A stretch of DNA of 60,231 nt, the filler included. It is 7 parts of 7 records of this genome, joined end to end, with 100 filler letters (N's around TTAATTAATTAA, not from the genome) between each part and the next. Parts side by side here need not be neighbours in the genome. Positions count along the whole stretch, not along the records: positions 9,644 to 15,960 come from SRR31156797_6395; positions 16,061 to 21,882 come from SRR31156797_6397; 5 more parts are not named here. One strand, written 5' to 3'. The notes under the pieces are model-generated. The model saw only the letters and a program-made list of their open reading frames with translations, had not been told where the DNA came from and searched no databases. A program made the position numbers and the translations under genes. Below are positions 9,644 to 20,050 of this stretch, in pieces; the first letter of the stretch is position 1, and each line of letters starts with the position of its first letter.

Positions 9644-10060
9644 ATAGAACCTTTGGCCCGTTATTTTCTCAACAGAAAAGCCCGGGAAATTGGCCGCCGC
9701 CACCTGCCGGAAATTTTACCTGGATCTTTCAGCCGCCTGCAGCAGTACGATTGGCCGGGGAATGTCAGGGAACTGGAGCACGCGGTTGAAAGGGCCCTGA
9801 TTCTAAACCAGGGCGGCCCGCTCATGTTTGACGAATTTAAAATAGCCGGGGCCGGCGACCGCCTCAATAACTTTCATGGCGATGAAAATAAAAACCGCAC
9901 TATCAATGAAGTAGTCGCCGGTCACATCAGGAATGTTCTTGAATCAACGGGCGGCCGGGTGGAAGGAAAAAACGGCGCCGCCGTAATTCTGGGATTAAAT
10001 CCCAGCACCCTGCGCTATAGGATGAGAAAGCTGGGCGTTCCCTATGGCCGCAAGGCCTGA
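9644..10060 (+). CDS. sigma54-dependent Fis-family activator, C-terminal part
   Basis: YDWPGNVRELEHAVERA; C-terminal HTH GAAVILGLNPSTLRYRMRKLG. Confidence 0.9.
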   Translation: MEPLARYFLNRKAREIGRRHLPEILPGSFSRLQQYDWPGNVRELEHAVERALILNQGGPLMFDEFKIAGAGDRLNNFHGDENKNRTINEVVAGHIRNVLESTGGRVEGKNGAAVILGLNPSTLRYRMRKLGVPYGRKA

Positions 10061-10079
10061 ATCCCGGCATAATAAATCA

Positions 10080-10099
10080 GGGGGCCATTGGCGGCCCCC
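10080..10099. terminator. GC hairpin between convergent genes
   Basis: GGGGGCC-ATTGGC-GGCCCCC. Confidence 0.55.
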
Positions 10100-10119
10100 G
10101 AAATGTTAATTAAAAAGGA

Positions 10120-10743
10120 TTATAAAATCAGGTCCTTTAATCCTCCGGGCGCAAGCCCGACATCCGAACCGGATTCCAGAATGGCTTCAGCCATGGCTTG
10201 TCCATAACCCCGGGAAAATGAAAAGAAAATCATTGCCGACTTTCCTTCCCTCGAAAACAGAACCGACTGGGCCGGGATGTGCATGACCGGGCCCTGGATC
10301 AGGCAAGGACCGGTCAATCCCGGAGCGGAAAAATCCAGACTAGAGATGCGATCCATCACATCCAGGGCGCCTGGTCCGCTGACCGCCATAAGGCAAAGTC
10401 CGTCCGTTGTCTCTGTATATTCCTTTTCCTCGGGAGGATTGACCATTCCCGGGTCTATGTTCCATATGGCGCACTGGGTTCGATTCATCCTGTTTATCAG
10501 GATGCCGTTTTCATAAACGCATTGGCCCGGCGATTCGGGAATTTCAATCCCCCAGGGTTTAAAGCGCCCCAAGTCGGAATCCTGCAGATCGTATTTCAGG
10601 CAATGGCTCAGGTCGATAAGCCGGGGCCCCTCTTCCTGTTCGCCGTATTGTAGGGCGGCTTCGAATCCATTAATCGTTTCGGTTTCGACCGGCTTTAGTC
10701 CGAAATCCACCGGAGACCGACGAATTATATTTTCACCTGTCAT
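10120..10743 (-). CDS. soxG: Sarcosine oxidase-type subunit gamma
   Basis: GcvT-like fragment (LIDLSH, SFSRGYGQAM); last gene of a BDAG operon. Confidence 0.75.
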   Translation of the reverse strand: MTGENIIRRSPVDFGLKPVETETINGFEAALQYGEQEEGPRLIDLSHCLKYDLQDSDLGRFKPWGIEIPESPGQCVYENGILINRMNRTQCAIWNIDPGMVNPPEEKEYTETTDGLCLMAVSGPGALDVMDRISSLDFSAPGLTGPCLIQGPVMHIPAQSVLFSREGKSAMIFFSFSRGYGQAMAEAILESGSDVGLAPGGLKDLIL

Positions 10744-10747
10744 TTTA

Positions 10748-13672
10748 TTAACTCCTCAACCGCTCGCCTTCAGGGTCGTAAAAAGGCATGGGCGTTACAG
10801 CGGCTTCAAACCGTAGAGGTTCATTGGAATCGTTCTGGTAGATGTTCAACCGGCCTTCCGGTTTGGCCAGCCTTTCCCTGACCAGGGCCATGCCGATGGT
10901 TTTGCCCAGTGTCGTCGACTTTCTGCACGTGCAGACAAAACCCAGTATGGTATCGCCTTCGTAGACAACCGATCCGTCGCCCGGAACCGATTCCGTATTC
11001 TTCATTTCAAATCCGACAAGCTTAAACCGGCCTTCCTGTTCCCTGGTAAATTCCAGGGCCGGGCCGCCGATTTTACCGCTTGTTTTATCTTTTTTGTCCC
11101 ACAAAAAGCCCATGCCCAGGTCCAGCAGGTTGACCCGCTGCTCGCTTTCCTGGCCGATAATTATATGTCCTTTTTCCAGGCGGAGAACGGATTGGGCTTC
11201 CAACCCGAACGGCTGTATCCCGAAATCCTTGCCCGCTTCCAGCAGCATGTTCCAGACAGCCGATCCATACGAAGCCTGGAAGTGGAGCTCATACGACAAT
11301 TCGCCCACAAAACCCACGCGCAGCGCCCGGACCGGGACCTCGCCCTTGAGCTTTAATTCCCTGTAGCCCATGTAAGGAAAGGCTTCATTGGATATATCCG
11401 CGTCCGTAAGGCGCGATAGAACGTCTCTGGCCTTGGGGCCGGCAAGATTAATCGCGGCCAGGGAATCGGTAAGGTTGATCATGTGAAAGTCCCAGCCGTC
11501 ATACCTGCCGTGATACCGGAACCACTCAATTGTTCCTCCGGCCCGGCCCGTGGACGCGGTGAAATAATAATCGTTTTCACCAACCCGGGCGACCACTCCG
11601 TCGTCAACAATCATGCCGTCGTGGTTCAGCATGGCCGAATACTTGAGCTTGTCTTCGGTCATGCGGCTCATGTTGGAAATGTAGCATCTTTGCAGGGCCT
11701 TGAGCGCATCCGGTCCGTGGATGCGGAACTTGCCCAGGGTGGACACGTCTATTAGGCCGACATTGGTTCTCACGGCCTTGATTTCGTCGGCGCTGGAAAA
11801 ATCCCTGGAAAAATAACGGGCGCGTTTCCAGACGCCGACCCGCCTGAACACCGCATTTGTTTTTTCCTGCTCGCCGTGAATGGGAGTGCGTTTGTAAATG
11901 TCATGTCCGGGACCGACCAGCGTTGCCATTAATGTCGGCGTGATCGGAGACCTGCTGGTTGTCGGGAGCATGGTTTCCGGGCTTTCTCCCTTGATTTCGG
12001 CCAGGACAAGAGGCAGGTTATGACCGGGAACACCGGCCTGGCCCGGCCCCAGTCCGAATCCTCCGAACCGCTTGGCCAGCTCAGGAACGTCAAAGGCCTG
12101 ATCAACCGATTGCGCGGCGGTCTTGTACGTGCCGTCTTCGTCAAAGCAGATGAATGATTTTCCGCCCTTGCCGATTCCCGGGCCGTGGACGATTTTACAG
12201 CCCGCTTTTATTCCGGCCGTATTGGACAGCCTGATTTCCGCGCTTTTGATATCAACCTGCCTGCCGGAATCGGCCGCGGCTTTCAATCCGGCCAGAGCGC
12301 CGGAAGCTTCGATAGCTTCGGGGGCGGAATATCCCAGCATACGCCCGGCGGCGTGCACTCGAGGCGGCATTTCCTTGGGCATGTACCAGCCGGTATGTTC
12401 GTCAAAAGCAAACTTTGCGTTTAGCGAAGCCAGGGCGCCGGCCAGCGGGGTCAATCCCGCCGATGCAACCAACAGGTCGCAGGCAAAGCTGCTGGTGGAA
12501 CCGGACTGATCCCCGAGAACCGCTCCTTCGACCCATTTCTTGCCTTCAGCCCTGGAAGCGGCCCAGCCCGGCAGGAAGGCAATGCCGGCATCCTGAATTT
12601 TTTCCAGGAGCAGCCGGTCATGCCCGTCTTTTCTGGCATCAGCCACTGCCAGAACATTTACGCCTGCAGCGGTTAAATCCAGGGCCGCTTCCAAACCCAG
12701 GTCGTCGCCCACGCTGAATACGGCTTTCTTCCCCGGCGACACCGCCCAGGTCCGGGCCAGCCTCAGCGCACAGCCGGCCTGCATTACACCCGGCCGCTCA
12801 TTGTTTTCAAAAATAAGCGGCCTTTCAATGCAGCCGGCGGCGACAATCACGCTGGTCGGCCTGACCTGGATGTAGCGTTGAACAAAGGAATCGTTTTCAT
12901 TTCCGACCTGGATCGCCGTTACCAGGTTGTCGCCGTTTGTATAATTGACCGGCGTATGGGTGAACACCCGAATATTTTCATGGTTCAAGACTTGGTCAGC
13001 CAGCTCATTGCATCTTTTATAAAGAGGCCGGCCTTCGTTGTCCGGTCTGTGCCGCCAGTCGTAAAAGCCTCCCAGCCAGGGGCGGGCTTCAAACAGTATG
13101 ACCCTTAAATCCTGGTCAGCGGCATTGAGCGCCGCGGCCATGCCGGCCGGGCCTCCGCCGATGACGCAGACTTCGGCATTGGGATAATATTCGGGAAAAT
13201 CTTCTGTCCTGTAAACCTTGTCCGGATCCACCACCCCGGTTCCGGCCATGTCGCGTATCCGTTTGACGGCCATGGGCCAGATAGCCGCGGGTTTGTGGAA
13301 CCTGCGATAGTAAAAGCCGGCCGGCATGAAATAATCCATTTTATCAATAAAGCCGAAACGGTCTTTTTCCACCGAGCCTGAAAAATTCTGGGCTGTGACG
13401 CGCATGCCTTCCCTGAGCAAAGTCAGTTCGGCCTGAACATTGGCTTCCCCGTCCACGTTGACGAGGGTGTTGCCGGATTCACCGTCAAGGCTGTAAAGCC
13501 CCCTGGGGCGATGATACTTGAGGCTGCGGCCGATTATCTTTTCAGATCCCGCGTGAAGGGCCGAAGCGATGGTGTCGCCGGCCAGACCTTTCATGGGTTT
13601 GCCGTTCCAGGTGAAATTGATCTTCCGTTCCCGATCGATCTTTTCCATGGGTGTTTTAGGGAGTCTGCTCAT
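10748..13672 (-). CDS. soxA: Sarcosine oxidase-type subunit alpha
   Basis: GDTIASAL, RSLKYHRPRG, GGGPAG Rossmann motif, C-terminal aminomethyltransferase domain (DVSTLGK, FVGELSYEL, LRLEKGH). Confidence 0.9.
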   Translation of the reverse strand: MSRLPKTPMEKIDRERKINFTWNGKPMKGLAGDTIASALHAGSEKIIGRSLKYHRPRGLYSLDGESGNTLVNVDGEANVQAELTLLREGMRVTAQNFSGSVEKDRFGFIDKMDYFMPAGFYYRRFHKPAAIWPMAVKRIRDMAGTGVVDPDKVYRTEDFPEYYPNAEVCVIGGGPAGMAAALNAADQDLRVILFEARPWLGGFYDWRHRPDNEGRPLYKRCNELADQVLNHENIRVFTHTPVNYTNGDNLVTAIQVGNENDSFVQRYIQVRPTSVIVAAGCIERPLIFENNERPGVMQAGCALRLARTWAVSPGKKAVFSVGDDLGLEAALDLTAAGVNVLAVADARKDGHDRLLLEKIQDAGIAFLPGWAASRAEGKKWVEGAVLGDQSGSTSSFACDLLVASAGLTPLAGALASLNAKFAFDEHTGWYMPKEMPPRVHAAGRMLGYSAPEAIEASGALAGLKAAADSGRQVDIKSAEIRLSNTAGIKAGCKIVHGPGIGKGGKSFICFDEDGTYKTAAQSVDQAFDVPELAKRFGGFGLGPGQAGVPGHNLPLVLAEIKGESPETMLPTTSRSPITPTLMATLVGPGHDIYKRTPIHGEQEKTNAVFRRVGVWKRARYFSRDFSSADEIKAVRTNVGLIDVSTLGKFRIHGPDALKALQRCYISNMSRMTEDKLKYSAMLNHDGMIVDDGVVARVGENDYYFTASTGRAGGTIEWFRYHGRYDGWDFHMINLTDSLAAINLAGPKARDVLSRLTDADISNEAFPYMGYRELKLKGEVPVRALRVGFVGELSYELHFQASYGSAVWNMLLEAGKDFGIQPFGLEAQSVLRLEKGHIIIGQESEQRVNLLDLGMGFLWDKKDKTSGKIGGPALEFTREQEGRFKLVGFEMKNTESVPGDGSVVYEGDTILGFVCTCRKSTTLGKTIGMALVRERLAKPEGRLNIYQNDSNEPLRFEAAVTPMPFYDPEGERLRS

Positions 13673-13929
13673 GATATCCTCCCTTCTTCATCCGTTTCCC
13701 GGCCGGTCAATGGGTTGCGCCAAACCGTGAACCAGACGCCGCATCCATCCCTGTGACACCACCACTCCTTCTGAGGCCCGGGGGCGGTTACGTGCATCTG
13801 GACCGCTTCGGAATACGTCCGGGGAGTAAGTCCTTCCTGTTCCGGCGCCGGGCCTGACTCTTCATTGCCAAACCTGAATTCATAAAGATCGCGTTTCCCG
13901 CATATGGGGCAGGTAATGGTATAGGACAT
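13669..13929 (-). CDS. soxD: Sarcosine oxidase-type subunit delta
   Basis: CPICGKR..EF..EWWCHRDGCGVWF zinc-binding pattern. Confidence 0.9.
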   Translation of the reverse strand: MSYTITCPICGKRDLYEFRFGNEESGPAPEQEGLTPRTYSEAVQMHVTAPGPQKEWWCHRDGCGVWFTVWRNPLTGRETDEEGRIS

Positions 13930-13943
13930 TGTTCATCCCTCCA

Positions 13944-15155
13944 TTAATTCCAGGGCCCGTAAGAAAACGCGCCGGCGGTTTCGCCGGTGGGACGGTATTC
14001 TTCAAAGCGCCTGAGAGAAAAAGGTTCAAGAATTTTGGGCCGCTGGGCCTCGGCCATGTATTGGGCCATGTACTTGCCGGTTACGGGGCCGGATTTAAAA
14101 CCGAAATAACCCCAACCCACATCCAGGTACAAGCCTTCAACCGGGTCGTTGCCGTGCATTATCGGAGCCATATCCGGCGTCATATCCGCCAGTCCCGACC
14201 AGTGGCGCATGAATTTTACGCCTCTTAAGAACGGCAGGAGCTGGGTTATGGCTTCGGCCTGGTGCTTGAAATAATGGGCCGTGGTATTGGTCGTATAGTT
14301 GGGCCAGGGATCCATGTGGGCGCCTGTGGCGATTTCGCCCTTCAACGTCTGATTGGCGTAAACATGGTAAGCACCCGAACTGATTACATGATGTAGTATC
14401 GGCTTAAGCGGCTGAGTAACCATGGACTGGATGGTCAGGGGATGCAAGGGGAGTTTTATGCCGGCCATTTGGGCCATTAAAGCGCCGTATCCGCCCGCGC
14501 AAACCAGGACCTTGGGGCTCTTTATCGCTCCTCTGCTGGTTTGGACGCCTGTAATCCGTCCGTTGTCAATATCAAGGCCGGTTACTTCGGTTTTTTGATG
14601 AATATGAACGCCCAGGCTCGCCGCACCCTTGGCCAGACCCCAGGTCACGCCGTCATGACGCAGTATCCCGCCGGGAGGATGATACATGCCGCCGAAAACC
14701 GGGTAGGTGATGTCCCAGCTTAAATTAAGCTGCGGTATCAATTCCTTGCACTGCTGCCGGTCCAGAAGCTCGCTTTTGACCCCGTTGAACTGGGCCGTGG
14801 AAACAGCCAGCCTGGCCGCGGACAGGGCCGCCTCGGAATGGGCCGTGTTAAGGTTTCCGCAGTTGAAAAACATCATGTTGTAATCCAACTCGGAAATGAG
14901 CTTTGGCCAGAGCTTTAATCCTTCATCATAAAGCCTGACGTTGTCCTGGGTCCGCTGGTTGGCACGGACAATGGCTGTATTTCGTCCGGAACCGCCGAAG
15001 CCGATGTAGTTCCGCTCTATAACGGCTACATCCTTGATGCCGTGTTCCTTGGCCAGAAAATATGCCGTGGCCAGGCCGTGAATGCCGCCGCCGATCATGA
15101 CCGCGTCATAAGACGACTTGAATGGCGATGGGCCCCACAGGCGTTCGAGTTTCAT
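13944..15155 (-). CDS. soxB: Sarcosine oxidase-type subunit beta (FAD oxidoreductase)
   Basis: IGGGIHGLATAYFLA, GSGRNTAIVR, GGILRHD, DMTPDMAPI, GWGYFGFK. Confidence 0.9.
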   Translation of the reverse strand: MKLERLWGPSPFKSSYDAVMIGGGIHGLATAYFLAKEHGIKDVAVIERNYIGFGGSGRNTAIVRANQRTQDNVRLYDEGLKLWPKLISELDYNMMFFNCGNLNTAHSEAALSAARLAVSTAQFNGVKSELLDRQQCKELIPQLNLSWDITYPVFGGMYHPPGGILRHDGVTWGLAKGAASLGVHIHQKTEVTGLDIDNGRITGVQTSRGAIKSPKVLVCAGGYGALMAQMAGIKLPLHPLTIQSMVTQPLKPILHHVISSGAYHVYANQTLKGEIATGAHMDPWPNYTTNTTAHYFKHQAEAITQLLPFLRGVKFMRHWSGLADMTPDMAPIMHGNDPVEGLYLDVGWGYFGFKSGPVTGKYMAQYMAEAQRPKILEPFSLRRFEEYRPTGETAGAFSYGPWN

Positions 15156-15226
15156 GAATGAACCTCCTTAAATAAAAGCGCCGCTGACAATGGCTATGGT
15201 TCGCAATTTTATATTGTCTACAAAAA

Positions 15227-15264
15227 TGAAAAGAAAAATATCACGATGAAATTAATTTAGTCAA
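15227..15264. promoter_or_regulatory. Tandem 17-bp TGAAA..TCA boxes overlapping a candidate soxB promoter; probable RpiR operator
   Basis: TGAAAAGAAAAATATCA and TGAAATTAATTTAGTCA, 20 bp apart; minus-strand TTGACT -35 overlaps the second box. Confidence 0.4.
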
Positions 15265-15490
15265 ATGGTTTGTTTTAAGGCGTGAGTTTAACTAAACGGT
15301 CTATATCTGAATTATATTATATAATACAATATATTATAGAAAAAGAGCCGACAAGGGCTTTTCCAGGATTCACTCGATAAAGCTGCGTTTGCTTGACTTT
15401 TTTATTATGCCAAGTTAGATTATTGGCCTGTTTTGAAATAAAAACATGCAAATATATTCTCTTTTTGACCATTTTGAAAAGATTTACATC

Positions 15491-15960
15491 ATGAATGAAA
15501 CAAAAAGCCATCCTCTATTATCCAGAATTGCTAAACATCGTTCTTCACTTACTCCCAAGGGAGCGGAACTGGCCGATTTTGTGGCCGGCAATCCCCGGCA
15601 GGCGGTATTCATGCGCATCAGGGACTTGGCTGAAGCCTGCGGCGTCAGCGAAGCTACAGTTGTGCGTTTTACCGCCCAACTTGGTTACGAAGGTTATTCC
15701 GATTTTATTCAGGACCTGCGGGATTTTGTTGACGCGGAACTCACCCTGGTCGACCGGGTGGAGTTGACCAATGCGGCCGCGCCGGGGGCGGAAAGGCTGC
15801 ATCGGGTGGTTAATGAGGAAATAGACAACCTTAAGCAGTTTTACGAAAACATGGACCCCGAATTGATCGGTCGGGCCGCGGAAATGCTGCTGGAATGCTC
15901 GCGGATTTATTCGGTCGGATCGAGGCTCAGCTATACCTTTGCCTATTATTTCGGCTGGTC
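15491..15960 (+). CDS. MurR/RpiR family regulator, 5' part
   Basis: IRDLAEACGVSEATVVRFTAQLGYEGYSDF HTH followed by the start of a SIS domain. Confidence 0.9.
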
Positions 15961-16060
15961 NNNNNNNNNNNNNNNNNNNNNNNNNNNNNNNNNNNNNNNN
16001 NNNNTTAATTAATTAANNNNNNNNNNNNNNNNNNNNNNNNNNNNNNNNNNNNNNNNNNNN
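15961..16060. other. Artificial contig linker
   Basis: N-run with TTAATTAATTAA. Confidence 0.98.
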
Positions 16061-16061
16061 T

Positions 16062-16136
16062 CTGAAAGACGCCATGGTCGGTATTTCTGCAGCGGCTCTT
16101 GAAGAAAAAGAAAAAATGGCTAAACGCGGTTGGTAA
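16062..16136 (+). CDS. pdxS: PLP synthase lyase subunit, C-terminal end
   Basis: Translates LKDAMVGISAAALEEKEKMAKRGW*, the PdxS terminus; directly before pdxT. Confidence 0.85.
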   Translation: MKDAMVGISAAALEEKEKMAKRGW

Positions 16137-16150
16137 GTAGCGGAGTTTCA

Positions 16151-16756
16151 ATGTCCGGAATTACTATCGGTGTGCTCGGTATTCAAGGCGCGTATGAAAA
16201 ACATGCGCAAGCGGTTGAACAAGCCGGAGCAAGATCAAAAATAATAAAATATCGTGAACAGCTTGAACATATAGACGGCCTTATTCTCCCGGGCGGGGAA
16301 TCTACGACCATGACGAAAGTTCTGGGCTTTCGCATTTCCTATGGCGACATTCTAGCTTTTGCAAAGAAAAACCCGGTTTTCGGAACATGTGCGGGATTGA
16401 TCCTGTTAGGTAAAGGAATCGGAGATCCCCGGGTTGAGCAATTTGAATTATTGGATACCGCTGTTTCCCGCAATGCTTACGGTTCGCAAAAGGATTCATT
16501 CATTGACAATATTGAGCTCACGTTTGACAAGGGCGAACTTTTTCATGCCGTGTTTATTCGCGCACCCAGGATCGATGATATTGGAGAAAATGTTCGTGTG
16601 CTTGCCAGCTGTGAGGGAAAACCTGTTTTGATCGAGTCGGGTCTTTATCTTGGTGCCACATTCCATCCGGAGCTGACACCGGATATCAGGATCCATAAAT
16701 ATTTTATTGAAAATATCGTGGAGGTTAAACATGGAAAGAAGATCGCACAAACATAA
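16151..16756 (+). CDS. pdxT: PLP synthase glutaminase subunit
   Basis: GVLGIQG, PGGESTT, GTCAGLI, FIRAP, FHPEL. Confidence 0.95.
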   Translation: MSGITIGVLGIQGAYEKHAQAVEQAGARSKIIKYREQLEHIDGLILPGGESTTMTKVLGFRISYGDILAFAKKNPVFGTCAGLILLGKGIGDPRVEQFELLDTAVSRNAYGSQKDSFIDNIELTFDKGELFHAVFIRAPRIDDIGENVRVLASCEGKPVLIESGLYLGATFHPELTPDIRIHKYFIENIVEVKHGKKIAQT

Positions 16757-17450
16757 TCTGTTCCGTATTATCCTTGCTTTGGTTTTTGTTTCATTCGGAT
16801 TAGTTGCCCTGGGCAATAACCTTGGGTGGTGGAATATTGACGACCTTTTCCTCGAATGGTGGCCGATGATCCTTGTCTTGATCGGACTTGTTACCATCTT
16901 TGCGCCGGGCGGCTCCTGGGGCGGTGGAATATTTTTGATCTTTCTTGGTGTTGTTTTTCTCTTACATTCTCATGGGATATATGATATATCAGATCTTATT
17001 TGGCCGGCAATGCTGGTTATGGTCGGTTTGATGATCTGGCCGCGTAAACGACAAATTCGTGAAGGCGAAAAGGACGGCAATGATAATAGTGACAAGCATT
17101 ATCACCATACCAATGCTGACCATGTATTCAATATCAATACCATATTCAATTCCCGCCGAGAGATCATTCGAGATGACCAACTTGCAGGTGGCCACGGAAC
17201 GGTCGTGATGGGAAATCTTGAACTTGACCTGAGAAACACAACGCCAAAGGAAAACGCTTACCTGGAAGTAACGGCAGTTTTTGGAAATATCCGCCTTACG
17301 GTACCGTCAGATTGGAAAGTTGTGATACATGGCGGCCCTGTCTTTGGAAAAGTAAATGATAAGCGGGTCAATATTCCGGAAAGTGGCTTTTCAAAAACCG
17401 TTACCATTGAAATGAATGCGATATTTGGCTCTGTTGACCTCGTGAATTGA
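16731..17450 (+). CDS. LiaF-like membrane protein
   Basis: Four TM helices (WWPMIL, IWPAML) and C-terminal beta-rich domain (VMGNLELDL, VFGNIRLTVP); GGAGG RBS. Confidence 0.8.
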   Translation: MERRSHKHNLFRIILALVFVSFGLVALGNNLGWWNIDDLFLEWWPMILVLIGLVTIFAPGGSWGGGIFLIFLGVVFLLHSHGIYDISDLIWPAMLVMVGLMIWPRKRQIREGEKDGNDNSDKHYHHTNADHVFNINTIFNSRREIIRDDQLAGGHGTVVMGNLELDLRNTTPKENAYLEVTAVFGNIRLTVPSDWKVVIHGGPVFGKVNDKRVNIPESGFSKTVTIEMNAIFGSVDLVN

Positions 17451-17476
17451 CACACCCATAACATTAAGAATATATT

Positions 17477-20050
17477 GTGAAATTATTTAAAACCCTCATA
17501 TTGTCATTTTGCATATTTATTGCAGCACATGCGTATGTCTGGAATGTTCCGGATAGCGTATTAACCATTCAATCCGCTATTGATACGGCCGCCAGCGGCG
17601 ATACCGTTATGGTAAAAAATCCGTTCCAAAACGATGGCTCTATCGAGATCATCAATAAACAGATCGCCCTGTTATCAAAATCATATATCAATAATCCCTC
17701 CGCCTATACCATTGCCTCGGGCGCCGCAATTTATAACTCGGATAATACTGTCCCCCTCGTCAAGATCAATAACGCGGGTGGGTCTGAGATCCGGGGTTTT
17801 CTTTTTGATGATAATGATTTGCGAAGTGGGGGTGGAATAATAATTGAAGGTTCTGATAATATCATCATTGACGGTGTTCATTTTCAAGGCAATTCTCTTG
17901 TTGTAGACAACGCTTCGCTTGAGATAAACAATGCAGCATTTTACAGTAATGATACTGCAGATTATTCACTTATTTCCATTATTAACGGCAGTGTCGATAT
18001 GTCAAATACCCAATGGAGAGACTCCGAAGTAGCCAGTTTATTGGTTATGGGGGCTGAATCTGAATTTCGCGCAGAGAACCTTGCGGTCTATAATAATGAT
18101 TGTACAAATGATATGTATATTATTGGTTCAACATCAGCTGACTTTAACTATTTCACGTCATACGGCAATACAACATCGGCTTCGGCCTGGACATTAAACT
18201 CCACCTGGTTAAATATCTCAAATTCTGTTCTTGAAAATGCGCCACCTGTAGATATCTCTCAATGCGAGATCACCTACTCTGCAGTCCCGGGTTCTTATCC
18301 GGGCACAGGGAATATTTCCGAATATGCCGAAGTTGACACTAGCGGCTCTTATCCCGCATTACTTGAGACCTCGCCCTGTATTTCTGCGGCCAACCCCGAT
18401 ACAACCGAGATTCCAAGAACAGATATTCTCGGCAATGCACGTCCAAATCCGGAATGGGCACCACCCGATATGGGCGCCTATGAATCAGAACGACATATGT
18501 TGTTAAATGATGATACCCGACTTTGGATAAGTAAAACCGGCCACGACATCTGGGGTAATGGAAGTGACGAATATCCTTTCGCCTCTATTCAGGCCGCTAT
18601 CGATTACGCTCTTGAAGCGGATACCCTTTTACTTCTCCCGGGAACCTACGCAAGCAATGTTTTGATTGAGGGTAAATCTTTAACCATTGCTTCAGAATTT
18701 ATTCTCAACCAGAATGGAGCTTATAAAGATTCTGTTATTCTTGTTCCGGATACATCAATAGCTGATCCCATACTCCTTGTGCGCAATACCGATTCTCTGC
18801 TTATTTCCGGCATGACGCTACGTGAAGGGCGGGGACGACAATTCTATAATAATTATTCTTTTGGCGGGGCGATCTATTGTGAAGATTCGGGCTTAAGGCT
18901 GGAGTATTCGGACCTCGAAGAAAACACATCCGAATATAGCGGCGGTGCTTTGTATGCTCTTAATTCTGAAGTGTTTGCATCAGAGGTTCGCTTTATGGAT
19001 AACCTTTCATATCTTGGTGGAGCAATTTCACTTTCGGCCAGCACGGGATATTTCGCCAATGTAACAATTCGTGACAACATTGCTTCCTCCGGTGGAGGCA
19101 TTTATCTTGAAGACGAATCAATGCTGATCGCTTATTATGCAGAGATCTCGGAAAATTTTGCAAATAACGACTCTCTGGATGATGGCTTTGCAAAACCTGC
19201 TGCTATTTCGCAATATGGTGCAGGAATCTATGCGGTTGGCTCTCATCTTCGTTTACATAATTCGCTGATCTCAGCTAATCGCTCTGTAAATCAAGGGGCC
19301 GCGCTTGCATTAAAATCGGGGGCTCTCTATCTATTGCAATCGACTATTGTCGATAATTATTCTTCCGCAGATTCCACAGCTTCAATCTATCTTGACCAAC
19401 TTTCGGAAGATGCTCTTATTGTTAATTCTATTCTTTATGATCAAAACGAAGACGAGTTGATATTGAAAGATAGTGACCTATTGACAGATCATTCATTTAT
19501 CTCGGGTGGTGAAGATGGGATCATTCACATTGGTTCTGAAAATATCGTTATATTCGATTCTGTATTGACCGGAGATCCGGACCTGGATGAAGATTACAAT
19601 TTAACGCTCGGATCTCAATGTTTGAATGCCGGTTTGTCATCTTTCCTTCTTGATGACGAGTATCTAATTAATTACGATGAATCCGAATATGACGGAACGG
19701 CTCCCGACCTTGGACATAATGGCGCTTATCCGGAAATTCCCTTTTTAATTGAGCCGGTTGAATCATCCATCGAAACTGTTCCGGAAAGTTATGAACTGCT
19801 GAAAGCCTATCCCAACCCCTTTAATCCGATATGCACTATTGAATTTAATCTGGATACTCCGGGTAAAACGAATTTAAGTGTTTTTGATATTAGCGGCCGA
19901 CGCGTTTCAACGCTCGTAGACCGGGATATGTCCAATGGAAATTATAAGCTTGTATTTAATGCTCATTCATTGCCATCCGGCATATATATCGCTAGATTAA
20001 CACAGAAAAGTAAGGTTCTTTCAACAAGTAAACTTTGTCTGGTGAAATAG
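17477..20050 (+). CDS. Secreted beta-helix/Pmp-repeat protein with C-terminal YPNPFNP sorting-type domain
   Basis: Signal peptide; TIQSAID and SIQAAID; GGAI repeats; SPCI..PDMGAYE; C-terminal AYPNPFNP..LPSGIY. Confidence 0.8.
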   Translation: MKLFKTLILSFCIFIAAHAYVWNVPDSVLTIQSAIDTAASGDTVMVKNPFQNDGSIEIINKQIALLSKSYINNPSAYTIASGAAIYNSDNTVPLVKINNAGGSEIRGFLFDDNDLRSGGGIIIEGSDNIIIDGVHFQGNSLVVDNASLEINNAAFYSNDTADYSLISIINGSVDMSNTQWRDSEVASLLVMGAESEFRAENLAVYNNDCTNDMYIIGSTSADFNYFTSYGNTTSASAWTLNSTWLNISNSVLENAPPVDISQCEITYSAVPGSYPGTGNISEYAEVDTSGSYPALLETSPCISAANPDTTEIPRTDILGNARPNPEWAPPDMGAYESERHMLLNDDTRLWISKTGHDIWGNGSDEYPFASIQAAIDYALEADTLLLLPGTYASNVLIEGKSLTIASEFILNQNGAYKDSVILVPDTSIADPILLVRNTDSLLISGMTLREGRGRQFYNNYSFGGAIYCEDSGLRLEYSDLEENTSEYSGGALYALNSEVFASEVRFMDNLSYLGGAISLSASTGYFANVTIRDNIASSGGGIYLEDESMLIAYYAEISENFANNDSLDDGFAKPAAISQYGAGIYAVGSHLRLHNSLISANRSVNQGAALALKSGALYLLQSTIVDNYSSADSTASIYLDQLSEDALIVNSILYDQNEDELILKDSDLLTDHSFISGGEDGIIHIGSENIVIFDSVLTGDPDLDEDYNLTLGSQCLNAGLSSFLLDDEYLINYDESEYDGTAPDLGHNGAYPEIPFLIEPVESSIETVPESYELLKAYPNPFNPICTIEFNLDTPGKTNLSVFDISGRRVSTLVDRDMSNGNYKLVFNAHSLPSGIYIARLTQKSKVLSTSKLCLVK

